64,000 bases of DNA from Pseudobdellovibrionaceae bacterium (GTDB taxonomy: Bacteria > Bdellovibrionota > Bdellovibrionia > Bdellovibrionales > Bdellovibrionaceae). The first letter of the stretch is position 1; every line of letters starts with the position of its first letter. Position numbers and translations under genes: made by a program. The notes beneath the pieces were generated by a model that was not told where the DNA came from, searched no databases, and saw nothing but the letters and a program-made list of their open reading frames with translations. Below are positions 8,019 through 18,678 of this stretch, in pieces. The stretch is taken from the NCBI GenBank assembly GCA_016719575.1, contig JADJYV010000008.1, positions 15,440 through 79,439 of the forward strand. The letters run 5' to 3'.

Positions 8019-11000
8019 GAGAACCACCACCTGCTGTTTCTTTATCATTATTGCGGATCTTAGACAGATAACGTACTGCGGGAGCTGCGTTCCACTCTTC
8101 GAGAAGAGCATATGAGCGTGGCTCTGACTTAAACACCTTCGCTACCTGACTTTCTGGATCATTCAAATCTCCAAAAATAATTGCATCTGTCGGGCAAGCC
8201 GTTTGGCAAGCTGTTTTGATATCACCATCTTTTAACTTCGTGCCGGCAAGTTTTGCTTTGTTCTTTCCCTCTTTGATCTTGTGGACGCAGAAAGAGCATT
8301 TTTCCATCACGCCGCGAGGACGAACAGTCACGTCAGGATTCAATGCCATGTGCAATGGCTTTTCTATCAGCTTCACATAGTTGAACCAATTGAAACGACG
8401 TACTTTGTAAGGACAGTTATTTGAACAATAACGGGTGCCAACGCAGCGGTTGTAAACCATTTCATTCAAACCCTCGTCACTGTGAACCGTCGCCAAAACT
8501 GGACATACAGTTTCACAAGGAGCGTTGTCACAATGCTGACACATCACTGGCTGGAACACTGCTAGCGCATCTGCCGGGTTACCAACGTAGTATCTATCAA
8601 TACGGATCCAGCTCATCTCGCGACCTTGCATGATGTACTTCTTGCCGACGACAACAATGTTGTTTTCAGACTGACAAGCCGTCATACAAGCCGAACAGCC
8701 AGTGCAAGTATTCAGATCAACTGACATCCCCCACTTGTGCCCGTTGTATTGATGACCAGACCAAAGACTCCACATCTTGTGACGGTGAACTCCTGCGCCA
8801 GGGTTCTTAAGGTAATCTTTTTGCGTGGCTTCAGCCACAATCATCCGGCCTTCCATCGTGTTATTACCGGCAACTGATACCAACTTATATTTCTTTTTTA
8901 ATTTTTGAAACGTCGCTGCCTGCCCAGAGAAAACCACCCCTTTTGTGAGATTCACAAAAGGATACATGTTCTGACCAATGCCATTCCCCACCTTGCCAGC
9001 AAGGGTGCGACCGTAACCGACGGCGACCGCAAGAACCTGGTCATGCAGACCCGGCTGAATATGAACAGGAAGTTCAACTTTTTTATCGGCCACCTTGAGC
9101 TCAACAACAGAGCCTTCTTTGAGACCCTCTTTTTCAGCGGTACCAATAGAAACCATCACATAATTATCCCAAACAATTTTGGTGATAGGATCTGGTTGCT
9201 CTTGCAGCCAAGAGATATTAGCCATGGAGCCATCCCCTATTTGCACCTTCGGATACAAGACGAGTTCATAGCCTTCAGTCGCAGAGGCCGGCTTAACTAA
9301 GGACAAAGCCTCTGTGCGGAAAGTGCGAGGGCTTGAGTTTTTATCCGTGTCTCCGACAAATCCTACTTGCAACACCTGCCCCCAGAAATCCTCAAAAGAT
9401 TGTCCCTTGGCAAACTTGGGTTGAACTTCTTCTTTCCAGAAGTTTCTCAGATAATCGTAATATGTTTCAAAGCTCTGAATGCGACTAGGCCCCACTTTTG
9501 CGAGATAGGCCCAAGTCATCAAAGACAATTGAAAAGAGCGGGTGTCATACATCGGTCGAATTGTCGGCTGCTGAATCGCGTAGACGTCTTTTGCAAACTC
9601 AGCATCCCCCCAATTCTCAAGTGGATGATTGTCCGGAGCAAGCAAGTGGGCCCAATTGCCCGTCTCATCAATACGATCGCCAGTATAAATAACAAGTTCT
9701 ACTTTTCTAAGGGCCTCTAAAAATCCTAGCTCAGTCGGAAGAGCATAAATCGGATTCACCCGGTGAATGATCAGGGTTTTAACCTTACCCGCATTCATAT
9801 CCTTAACCAGACTTACTAAGTCTGCATAAGAAGATTTAATACCGGGATTGCCATTGCGGCCATCGACAGTTTTACCTTCGTTCTCAAGAACTGAATTCAA
9901 CAAGTTGACCGCTATTTGTAACTCTAAAGAGCGGGTGGTCGCTGTCTGAATTCCCCCAGCAACAACCAAAGAAGCGCCTTTGTTCTCCCAAAGATCGCTC
10001 GCAACTTTTGCGAAAAGGCTTGGTTCTACGCCCAGTTTTTGAGCGCTATTCCCATAAGAAGTAAGGGCCGACTTTACAGTCGCCTGACCCGAGTAAGAAG
10101 AAAGACCCTTCTTGACTACGATCTCATGGAGAAGTCCCATCACCACATCTAGCTGTTGCGATGGCTTTATTTTAAATCGAATGTCCGCGTTTCCGCCAGT
10201 GAGAGAATATGTGGAGTCAAACGACACCAATTTTGACATCGTCTTTGGATCTTTACGGCCTGCCGAAAACTGCCGACTAAAAGCAACAGGGTTCATCCAA
10301 GCACCTAAGAAGTCCGCATCGATTGAAACAATCACTTTTGCTTTATCAAAACGATACTGCGGCTCAACCGCCTCACCATAGGAAGCCTTCTGTCCTTCTC
10401 TTCCGTCTTCATAGGACAAAGGCTCCCAAGTAACATGGCTTGCTTTAAAACCCTGGGAAAAGTCCGCAATAATCTGACGGGTGGACGGAGAAGCCACATT
10501 GCCAGTCAAAACAACTGCATCACCCTTTTTGAGTTGAGCCACAACCTTGTCGTCAAGGTTGTCCCATTTAATACCAACCGTGTCTTTATTGGTTCGGTTT
10601 TCATTAAATAGATTGTTCTTAGGACCTTGCAATCTTTCAGGATCATACAAGCTCAAAATTGAGGCCTGAGAGCGGATACTCAAAGCACCCTTGTTAAGAG
10701 GGAACTGCGGGTTTCCATCTATTTTGATCGGGCGACCTTCTCGAGTCCTAACCAAAAGACCAAGTCCCTCGGCGCCATCAAAATAAGTCGAAGTGTATAG
10801 ATTCGCGATTCCCAAAGTTACTTCTTCAGGCTGCTTGTTATATGGAACAATCTTTTGCACTGGCCGGCGAATACAACCCGCCGTAGCCATTGCCAAGGAA
10901 GCACCCATCAACTTTAAGAAATCTCGACGAGCAACTCCGTCTTCAGCATCGTCTTCACGCAAAGGAGATGATTGAAACTCAGTCTCTGCCAACTTCATAA

Positions 11001-11121
11001 ATTCAGGGTCATTATTGTAGTGCTCTAAAGTGAGCCAATGCTTATTATCTCTTTCGATCTGAGGACGCGCCGCCTTTTTGGCAGCCAGTTCTTGCTCGCT
11101 ATGTTCGTGATCGTGATTCAT
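8005..11121 (-). CDS. actB: Alternative complex III subunit ActB (molybdopterin-oxidoreductase-like domain fused to a 4Fe-4S ferredoxin domain, Tat signal)
   Basis: 1038 aa from the ATG at 11121, with a GGAAGG Shine-Dalgarno. A twin-arginine motif ([20 protein letters not shown]) is present. The C-terminal third is Cys-rich, with repeated CxxCxxCxxxCP-type clusters. Confidence 0.9.
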   Translation of the reverse strand: MNHDHEHSEQELAAKKAARPQIERDNKHWLTLEHYNNDPEFMKLAETEFQSSPLREDDAEDGVARRDFLKLMGASLAMATAGCIRRPVQKIVPYNKQPEEVTLGIANLYTSTYFDGAEGLGLLVRTREGRPIKIDGNPQFPLNKGALSIRSQASILSLYDPERLQGPKNNLFNENRTNKDTVGIKWDNLDDKVVAQLKKGDAVVLTGNVASPSTRQIIADFSQGFKASHVTWEPLSYEDGREGQKASYGEAVEPQYRFDKAKVIVSIDADFLGAWMNPVAFSRQFSAGRKDPKTMSKLVSFDSTYSLTGGNADIRFKIKPSQQLDVVMGLLHEIVVKKGLSSYSGQATVKSALTSYGNSAQKLGVEPSLFAKVASDLWENKGASLVVAGGIQTATTRSLELQIAVNLLNSVLENEGKTVDGRNGNPGIKSSYADLVSLVKDMNAGKVKTLIIHRVNPIYALPTELGFLEALRKVELVIYTGDRIDETGNWAHLLAPDNHPLENWGDAEFAKDVYAIQQPTIRPMYDTRSFQLSLMTWAYLAKVGPSRIQSFETYYDYLRNFWKEEVQPKFAKGQSFEDFWGQVLQVGFVGDTDKNSSPRTFRTEALSLVKPASATEGYELVLYPKVQIGDGSMANISWLQEQPDPITKIVWDNYVMVSIGTAEKEGLKEGSVVELKVADKKVELPVHIQPGLHDQVLAVAVGYGRTLAGKVGNGIGQNMYPFVNLTKGVVFSGQAATFQKLKKKYKLVSVAGNNTMEGRMIVAEATQKDYLKNPGAGVHRHKMWSLWSGHQYNGHKWGMSVDLNTCTGCSACMTACQSENNIVVVGKKYIMQGREMSWIRIDRYYVGNPADALAVFQPVMCQHCDNAPCETVCPVLATVHSDEGLNEMVYNRCVGTRYCSNNCPYKVRRFNWFNYVKLIEKPLHMALNPDVTVRPRGVMEKCSFCVHKIKEGKNKAKLAGTKLKDGDIKTACQTACPTDAIIFGDLNDPESQVAKVFKSEPRSYALLEEWNAAPAVRYLSKIRNNDKETAGGGSHDHA

Positions 11122-11141
11122 GTTACCTTCCACAAACTCAA

Positions 11142-11666
11142 TTAGTGGTGACAAGTTGTACAGTTCAATGGAGCTTTGTTCTCTGGTTGCCGGTGACAAT
11201 TAATACACCACCCCATTGAAAGATCCTGAACTTGAATTACTTTTTGCATTTTTTCGACTTCGCCATGACATGTTTGGCAATTTACACCCTTCGCAATATG
11301 CGCAGAGTGATTGAACATCACATGGTCTGGAAGCATGTGAACGCGAACCCAATTAATAGATCCACCGCTATCATAAGCCTCTCTCAACTTTTGAATAAAG
11401 GGACTATCTGTCCTAACTTGTAGGTGGCAATTCATACAAGTCGACAAGGCTGGCACATTAGAGTGTTTCGAGCGCTCCACCTGGTTATGGCAGTATTGAC
11501 ACTGAATTTGGTTTTTTCCAACGTGAATAGAATGATCAAAGGGAAGGGGCTGATCAGGAGAGTACCCCTGATTGTAACCCCAGCCTGGCTGGAATTTACA
11601 CGCAGAGAGACCGAGTCCCAAGCTGAGCATTCCCGCTACCGCAATAGTTTTCAAAATCCGATGCAT
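11142..11666 (-). CDS. actA: Alternative complex III subunit ActA (pentaheme cytochrome c)
   Basis: 174 aa with five CxxCH motifs (CQYCH, CMNCH, CQTCH, CINCH, CTTCH). The N-terminus carries a lipobox-like LGLSAC. Confidence 0.88.
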   Translation of the reverse strand: MHRILKTIAVAGMLSLGLGLSACKFQPGWGYNQGYSPDQPLPFDHSIHVGKNQIQCQYCHNQVERSKHSNVPALSTCMNCHLQVRTDSPFIQKLREAYDSGGSINWVRVHMLPDHVMFNHSAHIAKGVNCQTCHGEVEKMQKVIQVQDLSMGWCINCHRQPENKAPLNCTTCHH

Positions 11667-11788
11667 AATCTTCCTTTACCTGATAGCCCACATCATAATT
11701 TTTTTCGATGGTTACTATTTAAGGTCGGAATATATCGGTTGTCTAGTTTGTTTTTGCAAACTTAATGATAATTCAAAAACTTAAGTGA

Positions 11789-13420
11789 CTATTTTTTCCG
11801 CACAAGCCAAGCGTACAACACTAACAAAAAGTGAGCAGCAATAAAAGCAGAGACATATTCAACTCCACCGGCGCCAAATCCATAAGAGTGAAGCCCCGCA
11901 CCAAGAACGAAATTCACTCCATACCACGCCATGATTACAAGACTAAATGTGATGACTCCGCTTGCAATCATGCCAAAATTTTTGAGCCAGCCGCCAAGCC
12001 GCCCATGCAGCACCGCAAGATAACCAAGCAGAGCGATCAGGGCCCAAGTTTCTTTTGGATCCCAACCCCAAAACCTTCCCCAAGAGTAGTCCGCCCAAAT
12101 TCCACCTAAGATAATTCCGGGCGCCAAAAAGACCACACCAATTTGCATAGCTCGATACACAGAGGTGGTGATTGCTTTGATCTTGTCCTGATGCTTTTCT
12201 TCGCCTCGAATATAATAAATAAGACCGATGTCACCCAAAACAAAAGCCAAAAAGAAAGCCGCATAACTGATAGTGATTGTCATCACGTGAACGGTTAACC
12301 AATAGTTACTGCGCAAAACCGGCTCTAGAGGAATGAGCGAAGGGTCTAAAACGGCAGGCGCCGTGTCCGCAACAATCAACGAAACCATAGCCCCCAGAGT
12401 TCCGGCCAAAAGAATAAAGCGAAACTTATAAATCCATTCTAAGATGGCCGAAAAAAGCAAAGCTCCCCAAGACATCCAAACGACGGTTTCATACATATTG
12501 GTAACAGGAGCGCGATCCATCAAATACATGCGAATCACAAAGCCAAAGGTGTGAAGGAGAAATCCCACCGAGGCAAAGGCCCAGGCGGCTTTCATCCATG
12601 TTATTTTATTCATCGACCACACCATCAATAAGACCAATGAAGAAAGGAGATAAAAAATGTAGGCCCAGCGGAAGGGGTGAAAATGATTATAAAAAACTTC
12701 AACATTCACCTTCGTATCGACACTGTAAAGGCCTGGGTTGTTCTTTCTGGCGACTTCGCGGAAGGCAAGGACCGCAGAGTCCATCTCGCTCGCAAGTTGT
12801 TTTAATTCAGACGCTGAAACATGACTTGCCACTCCGCCGATATAGCCAATAAAACTTTTCGTCAAAACCGCAAAGGCCGTTTGCTGCTCGCCTTCGAACT
12901 GCACCACAGACAACCATACAGTCCCTTCTTTGGGAGGAATCAGTCGCAACATATTTCCGCCTGCTATTTCTCGAAAGACAGAAAGTTGATCCTCGAGACG
13001 CTGCAGCGCTTGAAAATAAGGTGTCAGTTTTTCTTTGGTTTCACGTTTAGATTGCAGATCCTGTATCAAACTCCCAAACTGAGGGCTCGAAAAGATTTCA
13101 TCTCCAGAAAAGTAACGTTCGACCGCTGGAAGTCCCAGCGCTTTCAGAACCTCATGATTGCGAACTTCGAAAATTTTCTTGGTTTGCCAAGATTGAGGGC
13201 TCAGCATCCAAGTCATAACAATTTCTGCAGCTCCCCGTCCCTCAAATTTCGATTTGCCATGAACAATTTCGAGCATTTCTTTTGAAAAAGTATCGTAGGG
13301 CTTAATGCGTCCGGCATCCTGAACGGGCAATTTTAAGAGCTCGTCTCCAGCCGCTGCAAAAGCGCCTTTAAATACCATTATAGACAAAAGCAGAACCAGT
13401 ATTAGCTGCAAGCGTTTCAT
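11789..13420 (-). CDS. ccsA: System II cytochrome c biogenesis protein CcsA/ResC
   Basis: 543 aa polytopic protein with the Trp-rich heme-handling motif WADYSWGRFWGWDPKETW. It overlaps ccsB by 4 nt. Confidence 0.88.
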   Translation of the reverse strand: MKRLQLILVLLLSIMVFKGAFAAAGDELLKLPVQDAGRIKPYDTFSKEMLEIVHGKSKFEGRGAAEIVMTWMLSPQSWQTKKIFEVRNHEVLKALGLPAVERYFSGDEIFSSPQFGSLIQDLQSKRETKEKLTPYFQALQRLEDQLSVFREIAGGNMLRLIPPKEGTVWLSVVQFEGEQQTAFAVLTKSFIGYIGGVASHVSASELKQLASEMDSAVLAFREVARKNNPGLYSVDTKVNVEVFYNHFHPFRWAYIFYLLSSLVLLMVWSMNKITWMKAAWAFASVGFLLHTFGFVIRMYLMDRAPVTNMYETVVWMSWGALLFSAILEWIYKFRFILLAGTLGAMVSLIVADTAPAVLDPSLIPLEPVLRSNYWLTVHVMTITISYAAFFLAFVLGDIGLIYYIRGEEKHQDKIKAITTSVYRAMQIGVVFLAPGIILGGIWADYSWGRFWGWDPKETWALIALLGYLAVLHGRLGGWLKNFGMIASGVITFSLVIMAWYGVNFVLGAGLHSYGFGAGGVEYVSAFIAAHFLLVLYAWLVRKK

Positions 13421-14793
13421 GTTGCATTTCCTTTTTTTGCTTTTTGCTTAAAGTAAAAAAGCAAAATAATCCCAATCGACATTATCAGGGAACCCAAATA
13501 TTTTATCCAGCGACCGGGATCTTGATTCACCGAGAAAACCGAAGCCAAGGGCTGTCCTGTTTTTGGATCATCCTCAAAGCTAGCCTGATAAATTGTAAAA
13601 CCCTTGTACTTAAGCGGCTCATTCATCGAAATCTCATGCTCGCCAAAATCTGCGATACTCACATGACTCTTATAGGCCGCAGCCCTCATGGTTCCCTGAT
13701 ATCTATCAACGATAAAGTTTTGCAATACCACTTGAAAACCTAAATCAAGACGGCGATTGCCGTAGGTGACGATGTAAACCGCCTCAGAAGTAAAAAGTTT
13801 TAAGGTGTCATTCAAAAGAATCCAACTCTCTTTACCATCAAACTCAACACGTGCCGCCGAAGTGGTCAGCGGAGTCGGGCTCTCTCGCTCCTGTAAGTCC
13901 CAGGCCTCTTCAGCTTCCGGAAAATATCGAAGCACACGCACTTCTATTGGCATCTTCCAGCCTGGTACAAACATCTCCCCTTCTTTGACCTCACCGGACT
14001 TTAAAGGACGGTCTTGATCTTTTTGAAAGACGACATACTTGAGGCTGTCTTTACCTACCTGGGGAGTAAAAAAGATTTCATTTCGGCCTTGGCCTTTTGC
14101 GGGAGCCTCCCCCAAATGAAGCGCGGCAGGGCCAAAATCATGAGTCGCAAGATCCTTCGCGCGGCGCTGAACAATCCACTCTACCACGTTGACATTGGAG
14201 TTTTGAATTTGAAAGCGAAGCCCCGCACCTCTGCGCCCGTTCGGCTCACGAGCTGCCGTCACCATCCGCTTTGGGATCACATACTTTTTGTAGCCTGTGA
14301 ACTTAATCGCCCCCGTGTAGGTCGAAATTTCAACAGGCTTTTCGGGACTCGGTGGATGTAGAAAAAAATCCACCGGACGCTCTTCGAGTTTAGTGTAGCG
14401 ATCCCCATCGAAGGACGAATAAACAAGAACGTCTGTTTCTGGCACAACCAAAAACTGATTGCCCTGCCCTACCGGGACCCGCAAAGATCCATCAATTCCA
14501 AATTGCAGAGTCATCACCGAACCGAGCAATAATAAAATAATTCCAATGTGTGCAAAGACAAAGGGCGCATGCCGAGTCTTCCAAGGCCAGCGATCGACCA
14601 TCACTGCGACCAAACTCACCGCAAGAGCACCCATAATCGAATACATCCAAACAGTGTCGTACACCCACTTTTTTGCAGCAATGGCGTCGTACTTTGACTC
14701 AACAATAGTCCCTATGGCGATCAAAAACGCGAGAGACAATATGATAACCACCGCTAACTTGAGCGAGGCAAGAAACTTCAAGATTTTTTTCAT
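13417..14793 (-). CDS. ccsB: System II cytochrome c biogenesis protein CcsB/ResB
   Basis: The N-terminus MKKILKFLASLKLAVVIILSLAFLIAIGT is ResB-like, followed by a large periplasmic domain and C-terminal TM helices. The start is uncertain; alternatives are ATG 14808 and TTG 14841. Confidence 0.8.
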   Translation of the reverse strand: MKKILKFLASLKLAVVIILSLAFLIAIGTIVESKYDAIAAKKWVYDTVWMYSIMGALAVSLVAVMVDRWPWKTRHAPFVFAHIGIILLLLGSVMTLQFGIDGSLRVPVGQGNQFLVVPETDVLVYSSFDGDRYTKLEERPVDFFLHPPSPEKPVEISTYTGAIKFTGYKKYVIPKRMVTAAREPNGRRGAGLRFQIQNSNVNVVEWIVQRRAKDLATHDFGPAALHLGEAPAKGQGRNEIFFTPQVGKDSLKYVVFQKDQDRPLKSGEVKEGEMFVPGWKMPIEVRVLRYFPEAEEAWDLQERESPTPLTTSAARVEFDGKESWILLNDTLKLFTSEAVYIVTYGNRRLDLGFQVVLQNFIVDRYQGTMRAAAYKSHVSIADFGEHEISMNEPLKYKGFTIYQASFEDDPKTGQPLASVFSVNQDPGRWIKYLGSLIMSIGIILLFYFKQKAKKGNAT

Positions 14794-14859
14794 CCACTTT
14801 TGCAACATGTATGACAAGTTAATAATCCAAGTTGCAATCAAGGGCTAATCATATCAAAA

Positions 14860-15690
14860 TCAACGCTGCAAGTCAGGAAGTTCCTGGCAAATATACCCAA
14901 GAGCTTTTGCAAGTTTACTTTGCACTGTTTGGGCAAGTTCTGGTTTTAATTTTTTGCTGATCTCATCCATATATAAGGCCCGATTGAGTTCCACCTGAAT
15001 CACATGATGGTTTTTGTGCGGCTCCCCATACTGTTCGCTTACACGTCCGCCAAAGTAGGGCCAATTGTAGGCGACTTTGAATCCGGCAATCGCATAAGCC
15101 GCAATCACCAAATCGCGAAATTTCGCCGAACAACTCGTTCCGTGGCAATCACTGACCACGATATCAGCTCGGGTCTCGCCGGGGTCGCGATGCTCTTTTG
15201 TTCCAACCGAGGGCATACTGTGGGCATCAATATGAAAGATTTTTTTGCGCCCTTGGCTTTCGTAATTTTCGTAGAGTTTTCGCACATTCTCATGAAAAGG
15301 CTCATAAATTAGTTTGACCAAATCCTCGTGAATTTTTGGATCAATCGCGGCCGTCAACAAAGGCTGATTGTAAGTTGTGACTGCCCATAAAAAACCACGA
15401 CGATATTCGCCCTTTGGATTTATATGCCCTAAAACAGTTCCCGAATCGACATCGCTCGGAAGTCGATTCAAGTCACCGGCGTAGCGATGCCATTCGGTCG
15501 ATACAAAAGGAATATTGAGTTTCTTCAGAGTGGCTTCGTACAATACATCCACAAATCGATCTACGTCGCACATCAAAATAGGCTCAGGCAAGGACGCCAG
15601 CCAAGAGGCCTGCGGCGGAACTTTTTCTCCAGAGTGAGGAATCGTCACCAACAAAGAATGGTCTGGCATGCTGGCCGGGGAAAGTTGCAT
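14860..15690 (-). CDS. N-formylglutamate amidohydrolase family protein
   Basis: 276 aa with VTIPHSGEKVP and IFHIDAHSMPS motifs, as remembered for the FGase family (PF05013). Confidence 0.65.
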   Translation of the reverse strand: MQLSPASMPDHSLLVTIPHSGEKVPPQASWLASLPEPILMCDVDRFVDVLYEATLKKLNIPFVSTEWHRYAGDLNRLPSDVDSGTVLGHINPKGEYRRGFLWAVTTYNQPLLTAAIDPKIHEDLVKLIYEPFHENVRKLYENYESQGRKKIFHIDAHSMPSVGTKEHRDPGETRADIVVSDCHGTSCSAKFRDLVIAAYAIAGFKVAYNWPYFGGRVSEQYGEPHKNHHVIQVELNRALYMDEISKKLKPELAQTVQSKLAKALGYICQELPDLQR

Positions 15691-15724
15691 TGTAAACTCC
15701 TTAATGTCATGCTCATCTTAATCT

Positions 15725-16291
15725 ATGAAAACAAAAATTTACACAAAAACCGGCGACAAAGGGACGACGCATTTAGTGGATGGCTCTTGTATCGAAAAAT
15801 TCAACCCCAGAGTTGAGGCCTATGGCTGTGTCGATGAACTCAATTCTTTTCTCGGAGTAGTCAGAAGCTGCCTGCAAAAGCAAAACGAGACTCACTCCCT
15901 GGATCCGCTTTTTGAAAAGATCCAAAATCAACTCTTTAACCTCGGCAGCTTGCTCGCCTGCCCAACTCCGGAAATCAGAAAAAAACTTCCCGCGATTCAA
16001 GAGAATCACGTTCGCGACCTTGAAAATAAAATTGATGAAATGACAAACGATTTGCCAGAACTACGAAATTTTATTTTGCCCGCCGGCCACGAAGCTTCCG
16101 TCCACTTGCATGTGGCCCGCACCTCCTGTCGCCGGGCTGAACGCCGGGCGGCTGAAGCGGTGATGACCGAGGCAGACTACAGTTTGTGTTTACAATACCT
16201 CAATCGCCTGAGTGACCTCCTTTTTGTAGCCGCAAGGTGGGTCAACCTCAAAACGGGCAATGCGGATGTCACCTGGAAAAAGTCAGAATGA
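15725..16291 (+). CDS. ATP:cob(I)alamin adenosyltransferase, PduO type
   Basis: 188 aa. MKTKIYTKTGDKGTTHL is the hallmark PduO-type N-terminus. Confidence 0.88.
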   Translation: MKTKIYTKTGDKGTTHLVDGSCIEKFNPRVEAYGCVDELNSFLGVVRSCLQKQNETHSLDPLFEKIQNQLFNLGSLLACPTPEIRKKLPAIQENHVRDLENKIDEMTNDLPELRNFILPAGHEASVHLHVARTSCRRAERRAAEAVMTEADYSLCLQYLNRLSDLLFVAARWVNLKTGNADVTWKKSE

Positions 16292-17415
16292 AAATCAAGG
16301 TCGCCAGTCCCTCTGACAATCCGCAGCTCCTAGAATTTTACAAGAGCTTTCCGGTCAAGGGGGTCCTCGATCTAAAAGTCGATCGTAGAGGGGATTTTTT
16401 CGGTCCCTATAGGACTGAGTCCAATCAGTATCAAACCTACATCCTCAAAGACGATGACGATTCTGTCCAGGGGCTCGCCTCATTTATCATCAAAGAGGTG
16501 ATGCTCAACGAAAAACCGACAGTCATCGCCTATGGACGTGATCTTCGTGTCAGCCACCATCGCAAAGCCATTCTCGAATGGGGCAAACACTTTGTTCCCT
16601 GTCTTGAAGAAGTTTCGAATAATTTCGGTGTTGAATACTTTTTTTCAATTTTAAATATGATGGAGACCAAGGCTCTGAATGCCTTTGTTCATCCGCGAAA
16701 TCTAAAGCGTCTCTTGCCTCGCTACTATGGATACCGTCGTTTCAATTTGGTGACCATTCATGGGCGATTCCCTTGGGCGAGCAATCCCCTACCTCATATG
16801 CAGATTCGGCACGGCTCTTCGACCAATGCCGATGCTTTGATTTACTATCTATGCAAAAAAAACAGCCAAAAAAACTTAGCGACCTACTGGGATTCCTACG
16901 GTTTTTTTAAACAGCTCCAAAGGTGGCGGGGTCTAAAAATCGAAGACTTCTTAATTGCCTTTGATTCGCAAAACAATATCGTTGGCTGTTGTGCTCCTTG
17001 GAGCTCTGATGGCATTCAAGAGTTCATTCCCCTCGAATATTCACTCAAGGCCCACAATTTTCGGCAATTTTTGAAGTTCGGCAGACTCCTGGGTTGGACC
17101 CGCCCCCTGACAAAGCCCTCGTACCGTCTGCAGCTCGAAGAAAATTTGCAATTTCAGTATTTGACCCATTTGTTTGCCGACAATGAGGACATTTTTGAAG
17201 CCCTCTTGTGGGCCGCCTTCAACCGAGCTCGTTCAAAGGACTTTTTAGTCTACTGCCAGGGACGTAACGAGTTGGTTTACAAAAGGCCTTTGAATTGGGT
17301 CAGCTCCAAACTCCCCCACGGTTTATATTGTATGGTCCCTCCGGACCGCGAAGCTCCGGAGTTTCTGAATCCCTCCAATGAGGCTCCAGTGAGCCTTGAA
17401 GGTTTTTTTGTTTAG
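16288..17415 (+). CDS. Hypothetical protein (375 aa), translationally coupled to the PduO-type gene
   Basis: The ATG at 16288 overlaps the upstream stop (ATGA). The ORF is long and has a protein-like composition. No family was recognised. Confidence 0.6.
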   Translation: MKIKVASPSDNPQLLEFYKSFPVKGVLDLKVDRRGDFFGPYRTESNQYQTYILKDDDDSVQGLASFIIKEVMLNEKPTVIAYGRDLRVSHHRKAILEWGKHFVPCLEEVSNNFGVEYFFSILNMMETKALNAFVHPRNLKRLLPRYYGYRRFNLVTIHGRFPWASNPLPHMQIRHGSSTNADALIYYLCKKNSQKNLATYWDSYGFFKQLQRWRGLKIEDFLIAFDSQNNIVGCCAPWSSDGIQEFIPLEYSLKAHNFRQFLKFGRLLGWTRPLTKPSYRLQLEENLQFQYLTHLFADNEDIFEALLWAAFNRARSKDFLVYCQGRNELVYKRPLNWVSSKLPHGLYCMVPPDREAPEFLNPSNEAPVSLEGFFV

Positions 17416-17866
17416 AATTGTTTTCGAAGCTCTCCGACTCAATACGACTATTGACTAACATTGTTTTATAGACACATTTAACCAAATATGTAGTCCGGCG
17501 GTGGACACTGTTGCAGGCACAGAATGGCCTTGGATCTTGACAACCGTGTTCGTTGCAAAAGATCCGGTCACGTCACCTGCTAGTGATGTAGAACTTGAGA
17601 AAGCCGCGTTTGGACTTTTATCTAAGCGCCAAAACTCATCGTACTGGGCTTGTGATAAGTCGCTGTTGGCGTTCGAAGTTTTATCAACTATCGAATCTAT
17701 TCTTAAAAATTTCCTGTCCCATAACCATTACCTGACTCGCAAAGCCAACTTATCGAAAAAATATTGATTTTTCTAAAGTGATGTCTCTTTTTGAGATGAA
17801 CTCGACGAAGCTCCAGTCCGCAGAGAGTTCGTTAAGTACAAATTCGCAGCTACCGATAAGCAGCTC

Positions 17867-18676
17867 ATGATAGCTCTTTGGTGCGTTATAGGACTCATTG
17901 CTGCAACAGTCAGCGTTTCTGCGTTGGGAGCCGCCTTTTCTGTGATTGGCTTGGCAGCTCTTTTCTCGGGTGCGGCTTTTGCTGTGAGCGCCATGGCGGC
18001 TTCACTCGAACTTGCCAAATTTGTCCTTGCCGCCTATCTCCATCAAAGATGGAACCAAGTGAATCTTATTTTTAAATCGTACCTTGTATCGGCAATTATT
18101 ATTTTAAGCGCGATCACAAGCTTGGGTATATTTGGCTTCTTGTCAGACGCTTACCAGTCCGCCTCTGCGGCCCTGGATGCCGAGGCTGTAAAATACGAAT
18201 CTCTAAAAAAACAACAATCGCTCAATCTTTCTGAAATAAGTCGAATGAACAAAGCAATTGATGAGATTCCCGCCAATCGCATTTCAAAGAGGATCGCCCT
18301 TCGCAAAGAAATAGAACCCGCCATTCTTGCTCTCACGAAGCAAACAGAGCAGTTAGAACAGGCCGTCACTCAATCAAATCTTCGAACCCTGGAACTTAAG
18401 AAAAAGGTGGGGCCACTCATCTATATTGCAAAAGCTTTCAAACTTGATATTGATACGGTCGTAAAATATTTGATCCTCTTGCTCGTCTCTGTTTTTGATC
18501 CCCTCGCAATTTGCCTAGTCATTGCTACGAGCAGCGCTCTCGAAAGTCGGCGCCAAGGAGTGAACACCACTCCGAATACAGCTACTCCAACCTCTTCCCC
18601 TCCACCTCCCCCAGGTGAAGACGATGAAATTATTCAGATGCGTTTTGTTGAAAACAAAGATCTAAAAGCAGGCTAA
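17867..18676 (+). CDS. Hypothetical membrane protein with a central coiled-coil and a Pro-rich tail
   Basis: 269 aa. N-terminal TM helices (MIALWCVIGLIAATVSV..., AAFAVSAMAASLELAKFVLAAYL, LVSAIIILSAITSLGIFGF) are followed by a heptad-like segment. Then come another TM helix (YLILLLVSVFDPLAICLVIA) and a TSSPPPPPGEDD tail. Confidence 0.6.
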   Translation: MIALWCVIGLIAATVSVSALGAAFSVIGLAALFSGAAFAVSAMAASLELAKFVLAAYLHQRWNQVNLIFKSYLVSAIIILSAITSLGIFGFLSDAYQSASAALDAEAVKYESLKKQQSLNLSEISRMNKAIDEIPANRISKRIALRKEIEPAILALTKQTEQLEQAVTQSNLRTLELKKKVGPLIYIAKAFKLDIDTVVKYLILLLVSVFDPLAICLVIATSSALESRRQGVNTTPNTATPTSSPPPPPGEDDEIIQMRFVENKDLKAG

Positions 18677-18678
18677 CC

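Noticed and set aside
8905-9720. Plus-strand ORFs of 131 and 117 aa inside actB. Similar antisense ORFs occur in ccsA (12821-13285), ccsB (14459-14848), nusA (58917-59393) and yicC/miaA (42712-43122).
   Set aside because: Each lies entirely within a strongly supported gene on the opposite strand. None has start signals or recognisable motifs.
17501-17767. An 88-aa GTG-initiated ORF in the 450-bp gap between the 375-aa hypothetical and the coiled-coil membrane gene.
   Set aside because: It has no Shine-Dalgarno, no recognisable motif, a non-ATG start and no obvious partner frame to merge with. It might be real but I cannot support it. The region may instead hold the promoter or leader of the downstream two-gene module.
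17781-17870. A 29-codon Ser-rich mini-ORF (MSLFEMNSTKLQSAESSLSTNSQLPISSS) whose TGA overlaps the ATG of the 17867 gene (ATGA).
   Set aside because: It is attractive as a coupled leader peptide, but it is too short and too low in complexity to call from sequence alone. No Shine-Dalgarno is evident.
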